Shown here: positions 1-8,819 of the stretch, piece by piece
How positions within the stretch are numbered: the first letter of the stretch is position 1
Layout: each line of letters opens with the position of its first letter
Source: Eubacteriales bacterium
GTDB lineage: Bacteria; Bacillota; Clostridia; Oscillospirales; CAG-272
DNA length: 64,000 nucleotides
Reading direction: 5' to 3'
Assembly: GCA_045613205.1 (NCBI GenBank)
Contig: JAZLAO010000037.1
Location: 14,851 to 78,850 of the forward strand
Made by a program: the position numbers and the translations under genes
The notes under the pieces: generated by a model
Seen by the model: only the letters and a program-made list of their open reading frames with translations
Told to the model about the DNA's origin: nothing
The model's database searches: none

Positions 1-124
1 TGGTTATTTTCAACACTGAAAAAGGCACGCGGCTAAGTTTTCAACATTTTTAAACACGAAAAAGCCATTTTTCCACATCCCCCAACAGTTCTCTCACGGT
101 GTTGCGGAAAAGTGTATTTTGCAT

Positions 125-156
125 AAAAAAGCAAAAAAGCCCGCAAAAACGGGCTT
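125..156 (-). terminator. rho-independent terminator (bidirectional hairpin) ending the mreB-like/small-ORF unit
   Basis: AGCCCG-caaaaa-CGGGCT stem-loop at 138..155, flanked by A-runs and T-runs on both sides. Confidence 0.6.
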
Positions 157-177
157 TTATTTTTGTTCTCTTCTCTA

Positions 178-294
178 TTAAAAAATTATGTATGAAATTA
201 CTCCAAACACGGTTCCGGCAAGCATAAGAACAGCGAGAAATCCCGCCAAAATTCTTGCTTTCAAGCTAAGAGTTTTCTTTTCCTGATTTTTCAT
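178..294 (-). CDS. hypothetical small hydrophobic protein (38 aa)
   Basis: Below the ORF-track cutoff, so translated by hand: MKNQEKKTLSLKARILAGFLAVLMLAGTVFGVISYIIF. ATG at 294 is preceded by a GGGAGA RBS. One predicted TM helix. The hairpin terminator follows. Confidence 0.35.
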   Translation of the reverse strand: MKNQEKKTLSLKARILAGFLAVLMLAGTVFGVISYIIF

Positions 295-307
295 TTTCTA
301 TCTCCCA

Positions 308-1345
308 TTATTTTTTATTCTGTTTTTTTGTCTCGTAAAATTTGCAAAGCTGGTCTGTGATATTCTTCCCGCTCGAATGATTCTTCACAGGAAGGAAAGT
401 GTTAATTCTCGAAAGTCCCTTAGACACACAGTCTATAGGTGAAATTGGCTTAGTTACGGAAATACCGAACACCTTGCTCATCATTGTCTCAAGTCCGTAA
501 ATTTCAGCAGCTCCGCCACTCAGTATGATACCGTTTTCAAATATATCCTTTACCGAGTCAATAGGTATTTTCTTGACTATATTTGCAACAGCCTCAAGAA
601 GTCTCTTTAAGGGTTGTTCAAATACACCTACTACGTCTTCGGTTGAAAGGCTCATTTTTACTCGGTTGCCGGTAAGAGAAAGCGTTCCCTCTATGTCAAT
701 GCTCTCCGATTCCCTTCCCTGCCATACCGCTCCAAGCCTTTCTTTTATAGTCCTCGCAACCAGCAGCGAAACCGTCATATCACCCTGGTCAAGTATGTAT
801 TGCTTTACCGCCTTGTCAAAGTCTTCACCGCCGACATCCTCTCTTGAAGTGACGAGAATCTTACCCTGGTGCAGAACTGCAATCTCAGTGGTAGCAGCTC
901 CGACGTTAACCGAAACCGCGCTTATTTCGGGCGAATATCCCGCACCGATTAAAGCGGCAACCGCAGGATTAACAAAGAAGCATTCGGTCACTCCCGCGCT
1001 GCGAAGCATTCTTGCAAGCTCAGCCTCCTGCTTCGGTATAAGGTCGGAAGGGACAGCCATTATGCAGCGAATCTTGTCAGTTGAGTTTAAAGCGCTCATT
1101 GCGTGCTTGATAATCTCGCACGTCAAATCTGACGAATAAAGAAGACCGTTTTTGAACGGACGAACAAGAACACCGTCTTTATTGAGGGCGTTTTCGTCAA
1201 AAGACGCAGCCCTATTACCAACGCAGATAATACGTCTCGTATTTTTGTCAAGCAGCGCAACAGACGGTTCTCTATATACTTCCGTAGTTACGTTGCTTAA
1301 CGTAATGTTGGCATAGCCAAGATCAAGACCGATTTTGGTTATCAT
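308..1345 (-). CDS. MreB/Mbl-family actin-like ATPase (divergent)
   Basis: 345 aa. Has the actin-fold phosphate-1 motif KIGLDLGYANI, plus SVNVGAATTEIAV and ILSGGAAEIYGL. Length and layout are typical of MreB, but the N-terminal motif differs from the canonical GIDLGTANT. Confidence 0.75.
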   Translation of the reverse strand: MITKIGLDLGYANITLSNVTTEVYREPSVALLDKNTRRIICVGNRAASFDENALNKDGVLVRPFKNGLLYSSDLTCEIIKHAMSALNSTDKIRCIMAVPSDLIPKQEAELARMLRSAGVTECFFVNPAVAALIGAGYSPEISAVSVNVGAATTEIAVLHQGKILVTSREDVGGEDFDKAVKQYILDQGDMTVSLLVARTIKERLGAVWQGRESESIDIEGTLSLTGNRVKMSLSTEDVVGVFEQPLKRLLEAVANIVKKIPIDSVKDIFENGIILSGGAAEIYGLETMMSKVFGISVTKPISPIDCVSKGLSRINTFLPVKNHSSGKNITDQLCKFYETKKQNKK

Positions 1346-1436
1346 ATTGCGCTCCTTTCAAAGTTTCTTTATTCGTATCAATTAATTATACTATATTAAA
1401 CAAAAAAATTCAAGTATATTTTAAAAATATTGGGGG

Positions 1437-3644
1437 TTAGTTGTTGAGGATTCGTTCTTTCAGAGTGGTATATCGCAGAACTTCTCTGTTATTTCCCACC
1501 ATTTTCCCCGGTATATCATGCCGTCCCACCAAAATAACCATTCTTTTTGCGCGAGTAACGGCGGTATAAAGCAGATTGCGCGTCAATAACATTCCGGGAC
1601 ACTGATACATAGGAATTATAACCACAGGATACTCACTTCCCTGACTTTTATGCACCGTTATAGCATAGGCAAGCTCAAGCTCCTCAAGCATATCAAAATC
1701 GTATTTTACAATCTTGTCTTCAAAATTTACGATAAGCTCGTTTTTCTTTTTGTCTATTTTTTCTATTGTGCCGATATCACCGTTAAATACTCCCGTACCA
1801 ACGTATCCGTCCCTCTCCCATTCCACGTCGTAATTGTTTACGTTCTGCATAACTCGGTCACCCTCTCTAAAAAGAGTTCCGTGACTGCTTTTTTCCTCTT
1901 TGAATTGTGATTTGGGATTCAGCTTTGACTGGAGCTCGGCATTAAGAGCCTCCACACCGCCAAAGCCTTTCTTTGACGGGGTTATTACCTGTATTTTATC
2001 CTTTATATCCTGACCGTACGCGCGCGGGAGCCTTTGCAAAATCAGGGATGCAACAGTACTCGGGATATCGCGTTCGTAATCCCTGCGAACGAAGAAAAAG
2101 TCGTTATCCGTCACGTTAAGCACGGGGGCTTCGCCGCTGTTGATTTTATGAGCGTTCGTTATAATAAGGCTTTCCTTTGACTGTCTGAATATCTCGGTAA
2201 GTCTTACTGTTTTTATCATACCGCTTGAAATCAAATCATCAAATACGTTTCCCGCGCCAACGCTCGGAAGCTGATCCGAGTCGCCTATCATAATAAGACG
2301 CGAGCCACGCTTCATCGCGCGCATAAGAGCTTCGGTGAGAGCGAGATCCATCATAGAGCACTCGTCTACTATAACCACGTTTTCCTCGAGCGGATGCTGT
2401 GAGTTGCGGCCGAATCTAACTCTTTGGTTACCGTCCCTCTCCATTTCAAGCATGCGGTGAATTGTCTTTGCTTCAACCGACGTTGATTCACTCATTCTTT
2501 TTGCAGCTCTGCCGGTAGGCGCAGCAAGCACACACTTTTGACCAAGGCTTCCAAAAATTGAAAGCAACGCTTTTATAACCGTAGTTTTACCGGTTCCGGG
2601 TCCTCCCGTTAGAATCATTACACCACCGCCAAGGGCTTCGAATATAGCTTTCCTTTGCAAAGCTGCGTATTCTATTCCTATACCCGACTCAAGCTTTTCA
2701 AGAAGAAACGCTACGTCGGCAGTGGAAATTCTCACCGCGCCCGACTCAAGCTGACGAAGTCTTTCAGCCACGTATTTTTCAGCCTCGTACACCTCGTTTG
2801 TCATTACGAAAATATTATCGCCTACCCTGTATGAAGAAAGTCGCTCGTCGGCGACGAAGCGAGAAACCATCTGATAAAGAATTTCCTCATCTACTTCAAC
2901 AAGCGAGGAAAGCGCAGGTACAAGCTTTAATATCGGCAAGCAGGTATGACCGTTATTCGATGCGTTAAATGCAAGGATATATTTCGCTGCGCTTAAAATT
3001 CTCACAGGTGAGGACATGGGAAAATCAAGAGTTTTTGCAAAAGCATCAACCTTTTCAAAAGAGATTTCGCAATCATCTTCGCATAATATGTAAGGGTTAT
3101 CCTTAATTATTCCGACAGCTCCTGAGCCGAATTTTTTATACACCCTGGTTATTTCGCCCGAAGATATATAATCCTTGCAAAACAGCATAACACCGCGAAT
3201 CCCCGTTTGCTGACGGAAGGATTCAGAGATTACCGCGGCTTTCTTCATTGTGATACCCGGTATATCTGTGAGCCATTCGGGGTGATTTTCTATTATATCA
3301 AAGCTTTCAGGTCCGAACTTATTTACGATTTTCAAGGCGGTGATAGGTCCTACGCCCTTTACCGTACTAGAGGAAAGATACTGTAGTATTCCGTCAACCT
3401 CTTTCGGCAAAGTCTTCTCATAGCTATCGAAGGAAAACTGCTTGCCGAACTCCTTGTGATAGGTCCACTGCCCAGACAAGATGACGTTTTCGCCCTCGAA
3501 TGCCATTGGAATAATTCCAACCGCTGTTATGAGCTCGTCCTTTTCATTTGAAATCTCAAGAACGGTATAATCGTTACTCTCGTTGCGGTATACTACGTTC
3601 TCTATAGTTCCCTTTATTGTTTCATTAACAGGCAGACCGTTCAT
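1437..3644 (-). CDS. recD2: SF1B ATP-dependent RecD2-like DNA helicase
   Basis: 735 aa. Walker A is GGPGTGKTT and Walker B is VVIVDECSM. Also has GDSDQLPSVGAGNV and C-terminal AITVHKSQGSEY and LLYTAVTRAK motifs. Confidence 0.9.
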   Translation of the reverse strand: MNGLPVNETIKGTIENVVYRNESNDYTVLEISNEKDELITAVGIIPMAFEGENVILSGQWTYHKEFGKQFSFDSYEKTLPKEVDGILQYLSSSTVKGVGPITALKIVNKFGPESFDIIENHPEWLTDIPGITMKKAAVISESFRQQTGIRGVMLFCKDYISSGEITRVYKKFGSGAVGIIKDNPYILCEDDCEISFEKVDAFAKTLDFPMSSPVRILSAAKYILAFNASNNGHTCLPILKLVPALSSLVEVDEEILYQMVSRFVADERLSSYRVGDNIFVMTNEVYEAEKYVAERLRQLESGAVRISTADVAFLLEKLESGIGIEYAALQRKAIFEALGGGVMILTGGPGTGKTTVIKALLSIFGSLGQKCVLAAPTGRAAKRMSESTSVEAKTIHRMLEMERDGNQRVRFGRNSQHPLEENVVIVDECSMMDLALTEALMRAMKRGSRLIMIGDSDQLPSVGAGNVFDDLISSGMIKTVRLTEIFRQSKESLIITNAHKINSGEAPVLNVTDNDFFFVRRDYERDIPSTVASLILQRLPRAYGQDIKDKIQVITPSKKGFGGVEALNAELQSKLNPKSQFKEEKSSHGTLFREGDRVMQNVNNYDVEWERDGYVGTGVFNGDIGTIEKIDKKKNELIVNFEDKIVKYDFDMLEELELAYAITVHKSQGSEYPVVIIPMYQCPGMLLTRNLLYTAVTRAKRMVILVGRHDIPGKMVGNNREVLRYTTLKERILNN

Positions 3645-3715
3645 AAGAGACTCCTTTCTTAAAATAGCACAGATATATTATAGCAAAAACAAAAGTGTTT
3701 TACAAGGTTTTCTAG

Positions 3716-3747
3716 CAAAAAGGCAGGCAAATTTGCCTGCCTTTTTA
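3716..3747. terminator. bidirectional rho-independent terminator downstream of metK
   Basis: Perfect hairpin AGGCAGGCA-aatt-TGCCTGCCT, flanked by AAAAA and TTTTT. Confidence 0.8.
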
Positions 3748-3767
3748 GTTTTGCAATCTCTTATGTT

Positions 3768-4952
3768 TTATGCGCGACAAAGCTCCGAAAGCTTTTCTGC
3801 GATATCGCACTCTTCCCACTTCACACCGAGCTCTTCTCTGCCCATATGGCCGTATGCCGCGAGGTCCTTGTAAATAGGCTTTCTGAGGTCGAATCTGTTT
3901 ATGATAGCAGCGGGACGAAGGTCAACGAGCTTATTAACCGCATCTGCAATTTTCGCCTCGTCAACAACAGCCGTACCGAAAGTATCTATCATTACGGATA
4001 CGGGCTTTGCGATTCCGATAGCATATGCAATCTGAACCTCGCATTTTTTTGCAAGTCCTGCTTTAACTATGTTCTTTGCAACGTATCTCGCGGCATAAGA
4101 TGCGCTTCTGTCAACCTTTGTCGGATCCTTTCCCGAAAAAGCTCCGCCGCCATGTCTTGAATAACCGCCGTAGGTATCAACTATTATCTTTCTTCCGGTA
4201 AGTCCTGTGTCACCCTGCGGTCCGCCGATAACAAATCTGCCCGTCGGGTTAACGTAAATATTCAGCTTTCCGTCGATAAGCTCCTTTGGCACAACCGGGA
4301 AAATAACGTTCTCTATTATATCCTTGCGAATGGTCTGTGAATCTATTTCGGGGCTGTGCTGCGAGGATACGACGATAGTGTCAACGCGCTTTGGAACACC
4401 GTCAACATACTCAACGGTAACCTGCGTTTTTCCGTCGGGACGGAGGTAGGAAAGCTTTCCGTTCTTGCGAACCTCGGTGAGCTTTTTAGCAAGCTTATGT
4501 GCAAGTGAAATAGGCAGAGGCATAAGCTCGGGCGTTTCGTCGCAGGCGTAACCAAACATAAGGCCCTGGTCACCCGCACCCGTATCAAGCTCGTCGGACA
4601 TCTCACCGTCCTTTGCTTCAAGGCATCTGTCAACTCCGAGAGCTATATCAGCGCTCTGCTCATGGATTGAGCTGAGGACTGCGCAGGTGGTTGCATCAAA
4701 GCCGTATTTTGCTCTGTCATAGCCAATTTCGGTAACGGTTTCGCGAACAATCGTTTGAATGTCGATTTTCGCCTCTGTTGTAATCTCTCCCATAACCGTT
4801 ATAATACCCGTCGTTGCGAACGTTTCGCAGGCAACGCGGCTCATCGGGTCCTGACGAAGAATTTCATCAAGTATAGCATCTGATATTTTATCGCAGATTT
4901 TGTCGGGATGTCCTTCGGTCACCGATTCGGACGTAAATAATACTTTTTTCAT
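3768..4952 (-). CDS. metK: S-adenosylmethionine synthetase
   Basis: Motifs [20 protein letters not shown] and [16 protein letters not shown]. The start is set at [11 protein letters not shown] (4952), not at the upstream in-frame ATG at 4988. Confidence 0.95.
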   Translation of the reverse strand: MKKVLFTSESVTEGHPDKICDKISDAILDEILRQDPMSRVACETFATTGIITVMGEITTEAKIDIQTIVRETVTEIGYDRAKYGFDATTCAVLSSIHEQSADIALGVDRCLEAKDGEMSDELDTGAGDQGLMFGYACDETPELMPLPISLAHKLAKKLTEVRKNGKLSYLRPDGKTQVTVEYVDGVPKRVDTIVVSSQHSPEIDSQTIRKDIIENVIFPVVPKELIDGKLNIYVNPTGRFVIGGPQGDTGLTGRKIIVDTYGGYSRHGGGAFSGKDPTKVDRSASYAARYVAKNIVKAGLAKKCEVQIAYAIGIAKPVSVMIDTFGTAVVDEAKIADAVNKLVDLRPAAIINRFDLRKPIYKDLAAYGHMGREELGVKWEECDIAEKLSELCRA

Positions 4953-5019
4953 TTTTATACTTCCTTTACAAAAAAAATAAAACCTCAAAAATCACACCAA
5001 GCGATTCCCGAGATTCAGA

Positions 5020-5112
5020 TAAGACTCATCTGTCAGGAATTAGCACCTTATAAAAACTACAGGTTGCCGGGCTTCACAGGGCCAGTCCCTCCGCCACTCT
5101 TGATAAGCAATG
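5020..5112 (-). promoter_or_regulatory. SAM-I (S-box) riboswitch in the metK leader
   Basis: The minus strand reads CTTATCAAGAGTGGCGGAGGGACTGGCCCTGTGAAGCCCGGCAACC...AAGGTGCTAATTCCTGACAGATGAG, which matches the S-box core. P1 is CTTATC/GATGAG. I could not resolve the expression platform between the aptamer and the RBS. Confidence 0.88.
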
Positions 5113-5126
5113 TTCAGTTCGACATA

Positions 5127-5155
5127 ATTATACCATAAACGATTTATAAAATCAA
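5127..5155 (-). promoter_or_regulatory. sigma-A type promoter for the S-box-metK unit
   Basis: TTGATT, 17-nt spacer, TGgTATAAT (extended -10), about 15 nt upstream of riboswitch P1. Confidence 0.7.
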
Positions 5156-5276
5156 TAGCTATAATAAAAAAATTTAACGAGCCGCCGGCATATTCCCCCC
5201 GAGAAGAGAAAAACACCTGCAGCTCGTTTGTTTTTATAGCCGAATAAACCGAATACTTGTTAGTCCGACGTATAAC

Positions 5277-6509
5277 TTAAATCACTATATGCTTCGGCAA
5301 TCCGTTGTCATATTCAACGTCAACTTCACCGATAATGAGGGGCTTAAGATAATCAAGTCCCTTTTCGGTGATTCCGTTGCCCGCTTCATTTATGTAGTCG
5401 CGCGGAACTCCGCGGACTTCGTTCGCGATAGTGGAAATATCAGCGCATCCTATTTTAGAGGAATACTCTCTTCCGGGCACGCGCTCAATGGTCATCATAA
5501 CTCCGGTTCTGCCAGACGTTGCTGCTTCAACAGCGCCCTCGCCGACCGCGAGAGATTCGTTGATATCGGTTGCGGAGAGAATGTGTCCCGCGCATCTCTG
5601 GGTTAGGCTCAATTCCATAGAACGAACCTTACATCCAAGTCTTTCCTTTACAAGTTCTTCAAGCACCTTGCCTGCACCCGAAAGGCTTTTATGTCCGAAT
5701 GCGTCGGTAGCGCCCTTTCCCTCGCCTATGTACTTTCCGTCAGCAAGTCTTATACCCTCCGATACGGCAACCAAAACTGCGGGATGGTCTTCAAAAATCT
5801 TATTAACGGATGACAAGAACTCCTCCGGGTCGAAAGCAACCTCGGGAAGATATACGAGGTCGGGAGCTATCCCCCCTGACACCTTCGTAAGTGCGGCAGA
5901 AGCGGTAAGCCAGCCTGCATCACGGCCCATAATCTCAACTATAGTTACCGCCTTCATCTTGTACACCGACACATCGCGAAGCACCTCTTTCATCGTAGTC
6001 GCCACAAATTTCGCGGCAGAACCGAATCCGGGAGCATGGTCGGTTGCCACAAGGTCGTTGTCGATAGTTTTAGGAACACCTACCACACGCATCTCATAAT
6101 CATGATTTGCAGCGTACTTCGAAAGCTTCATAACGGTGTCCATAGAATCGTTACCGCCGATATAGAAGAAATATCTTATATCGTATTTTTTGAAGATTTC
6201 AAGAAGCTTCGCGTAAGTTTCGGCATCAGCCTCATAGTCCTTAAGCTTTCTGCGGCATGAGCCAAGCGCCGCTGCAGGAGTAGCGGTAAGAGTCTTGAGC
6301 TTGCCCTCCTCGGCAAATATTTCGGTAAGGTCAACAAGGTCCTCCTTGAGAAATCCCTCAACACCGTTTCTCATTCCGTAAAGAGTGTTTATAATACCGT
6401 TGTTTTTTGCCACAAGCGCGCCCTTAATAACACCGGCAAGCGTTGCGTTTATAGCAGCGGTAGGACCGCCCGACTGACCAACGACAGCATTTCCACGTAA
6501 AATTTCCAT
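5277..6509 (-). CDS. pfp: pyrophosphate-dependent 6-phosphofructokinase (PPi-PFK)
   Basis: 410 aa of the PfkA family. IGGNDS (Asp where ATP-PFKs have Gly) and PKTIDND (Lys where ATP-PFKs have Gly) are the classic PPi-specificity residues. Confidence 0.8.
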   Translation of the reverse strand: MEILRGNAVVGQSGGPTAAINATLAGVIKGALVAKNNGIINTLYGMRNGVEGFLKEDLVDLTEIFAEEGKLKTLTATPAAALGSCRRKLKDYEADAETYAKLLEIFKKYDIRYFFYIGGNDSMDTVMKLSKYAANHDYEMRVVGVPKTIDNDLVATDHAPGFGSAAKFVATTMKEVLRDVSVYKMKAVTIVEIMGRDAGWLTASAALTKVSGGIAPDLVYLPEVAFDPEEFLSSVNKIFEDHPAVLVAVSEGIRLADGKYIGEGKGATDAFGHKSLSGAGKVLEELVKERLGCKVRSMELSLTQRCAGHILSATDINESLAVGEGAVEAATSGRTGVMMTIERVPGREYSSKIGCADISTIANEVRGVPRDYINEAGNGITEKGLDYLKPLIIGEVDVEYDNGLPKHIVI

Positions 6510-6566
6510 TTTAACTCTCCTAAAATTGTTATTTCTCCTATATTATAACACAACCCAAATAGACTT

Positions 6567-7100
6567 TCAATCCCGTTTTAATAAAATTTTATCTAAACTG
6601 TTAAGATTCAAGCATGAAATAATTTTTGCAAGATACTCCTCTTTCTCAAATCCAAAATCCATAAAATATGCGTGCTCGCATAAGTCAATCGCAAGCAGGG
6701 GCACAGTCTTTATAAAGGAACTTTCCGAGCCTATCTCATAATCAATCTTGCCACCAATAAGTGACACGAATATGAAATCTACCTTCGTACTCTTCGCAGC
6801 TTCGTAAAGCTCATACAAAAAAGAGGCTTCGGTTCGGTATTTATCTCTGAGCGCACCTGAACTTTGAAATTCTCTGCCAAATGAATTAAAATAAAGCTCG
6901 TGAGCCTTAATATCCCGTAAAAGAGAGAGTATTTCTTCCCTCTCCCTGAGCTTCATTCTTGATATTTCCCGAATACTCTTCCCCGATATTTCGGGAAAGC
7001 TTTTTTCAAGAATAGAATATTTCAGTTTCAGCTTTTTCAAATGCTCTTTGTGCAAATTTAAAGCTTCCTCCGATAAAACTGAATCAAGTCCTACAGGCAT
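6567..7100 (-). CDS. Fe/Mn superoxide dismutase family protein (short, divergent)
   Basis: 177 aa. IDLCEHAYFMDF matches the SOD D-x-W-E-H-A-Y-Y signature. LHKEH and AHELYF sit where the two N-terminal His ligands would be. The GSGW-type segment is absent. Confidence 0.55.
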   Translation of the reverse strand: MPVGLDSVLSEEALNLHKEHLKKLKLKYSILEKSFPEISGKSIREISRMKLREREEILSLLRDIKAHELYFNSFGREFQSSGALRDKYRTEASFLYELYEAAKSTKVDFIFVSLIGGKIDYEIGSESSFIKTVPLLAIDLCEHAYFMDFGFEKEEYLAKIISCLNLNSLDKILLKRD

Positions 7101-7164
7101 ATTAGTCCCTCCAAAAAATAAAATTCTCTCCTACACATTATTTATGTAAGAGAGAATTAAAAGG

Positions 7165-8052
7165 TTAACCAAGCAAATCCGCTTCGGTAAAGGTATATTC
7201 GCTGTTGCAGAATCTGCATACGGCGGTCAGCTCGCGTGGCTTGCCCTCAGCCTCCTGCTCCTCGAGCATTTTTTCTATTTCCGCACGTCCGAGCGATTTT
7301 ATCTTTTCACCCATGCGCTTACGAGAGCAATCACACTTATACGAAACCTCAAGGGTGTCGAATATATCGTACGGAATATCGCGCATCGCAATTTCCGCAA
7401 TGGATTCGTTTGTATGCCCAAGCGAAATCAATTTAGAAATATTGGAAAGGTCGGAGGCGTTTCTTTCGATAAGATCAACCGTTTCTTCGTCGGGAAAAGG
7501 CATAACCTGAACGAGAACACCGCCTGCCGCAAGACAGGTATAATCCTTGTCAACCAAAACTCCGAGAGAGAGCAAGGTTGGAATCTGCTCGCTGGTCGCA
7601 AAATACGAAGCGATATCCTCTGCAATTTCGCCCGAAACAATTTCCGTAGTTCCTATTTGAGGTTCTTTTCCACCGACGTCCTTAACTACCGAAAATGTAC
7701 CGTATCCTACAGCTGCACCAACGTCAAGCTTTCCGTTTTCCTTTTTGGGTGGGTTTGCCAGCGGGTTCTGAATGTATCCCTTAACGTTGCCAAAATAATC
7801 CGCAACAGCGATTATCTTCCCTGCTTCTCCGTTTCCCGAAAAAGACATTGTAACGGTGTCTTTATCCTCGGGAAGCATCGTGCCCACCATAGATGCAGCG
7901 GTTATAGTTCTTCCCAAAGCAGCTGTTGCGGTAGGCGACGTCTTATGCGCCTTTATCATATCATTTACCATCGCGGTTGAGTTAATAACAAGTATTCTTG
8001 CCGAGCCGTCACGGGTCATACCGCGAAGGATTGTTGAAGTAGCCTTTTTCAT
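7165..8052 (-). CDS. hslO: Hsp33 redox-regulated chaperone
   Basis: 295 aa. C-terminal zinc centre is CDCSRKR...CRFCNSEY. The N-terminal Hsp33 fold sequence is RILVINSTAMVNDM. Confidence 0.9.
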   Translation of the reverse strand: MKKATSTILRGMTRDGSARILVINSTAMVNDMIKAHKTSPTATAALGRTITAASMVGTMLPEDKDTVTMSFSGNGEAGKIIAVADYFGNVKGYIQNPLANPPKKENGKLDVGAAVGYGTFSVVKDVGGKEPQIGTTEIVSGEIAEDIASYFATSEQIPTLLSLGVLVDKDYTCLAAGGVLVQVMPFPDEETVDLIERNASDLSNISKLISLGHTNESIAEIAMRDIPYDIFDTLEVSYKCDCSRKRMGEKIKSLGRAEIEKMLEEQEAEGKPRELTAVCRFCNSEYTFTEADLLG

Positions 8053-8056
8053 TTTA

Positions 8057-8818
8057 TTACTCCTTTATACATCTTGCGACAACGTAAATTCTATCGTCTT
8101 CGTCGGTTGCGTCTTCAAATAAGAAGTTCCTGTACGCCCCGATAAATTCAAATTTGTTGTCTGAAAGATGCTTTCTTATTGTTCTTAAAGTATACATTCT
8201 TTCCCTTTGAGCATCGTCATAACGGACGTACCTTCCGTCACCGTCTTCCTGAAAGAGAGTTATATAGAAATCGCAAAGTCTGCTCTTCCGATTATAGTAA
8301 TTCTGCCAGATACAAAGATTTTCCGACTGTTCCATTACATAGCTGTTGTCTGAATAAACTGTTTCAAACTTATGCTTTCCGTTTATATCGAATATAAAGA
8401 GTCCGTTCGGTATGAGATAATTATGCACTAAATAGAAGCACTTGTCAAGAGATTTTGTATCCGTAAGATGATTTATGCAATCAAGACAGGACACTGTAAC
8501 GTCGACCGTGCCGTACAGCTCAAACTCACGCATATCCTGGCATAACCAAAGAATTTTATCACCAAATCCCGCTCTTTCCGCTGCCGCTCTTGCAATATCA
8601 AGCATTTCGGGCGAGCAGTCAACACCTGTCATATCATATCCGCGACGCGCAAGCTCGAGGGTCATTTTTCCCGTTCCGGACCCAAGATCCAAAATCAAAT
8701 CGGGCTTTCCCTCTCGGTACTCGCGTTGAATTATATTCTCAATAAAATCCGCCCACGAAGAATAATCGATATCACTGTTGACCTCGTCATAAAACGGTGC
8801 TAATAAATCGTAAATCAT
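8057..8818 (-). CDS. class I SAM-dependent methyltransferase
   Basis: Motif I is ILDLGSGTGKMT, with acidic post-I GVDCSPEM. The start is set at MIYDLLAPFYD (ATG 8818), because the longer track ORF would overlap the upstream helicase gene by about 200 nt. This ATG lies 1 nt after the helicase stop. The hslO start lies 4 nt after this gene's stop. Confidence 0.8.
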   Translation of the reverse strand: MIYDLLAPFYDEVNSDIDYSSWADFIENIIQREYREGKPDLILDLGSGTGKMTLELARRGYDMTGVDCSPEMLDIARAAAERAGFGDKILWLCQDMREFELYGTVDVTVSCLDCINHLTDTKSLDKCFYLVHNYLIPNGLFIFDINGKHKFETVYSDNSYVMEQSENLCIWQNYYNRKSRLCDFYITLFQEDGDGRYVRYDDAQRERMYTLRTIRKHLSDNKFEFIGAYRNFLFEDATDEDDRIYVVARCIKE

Positions 8819-8819
8819 A

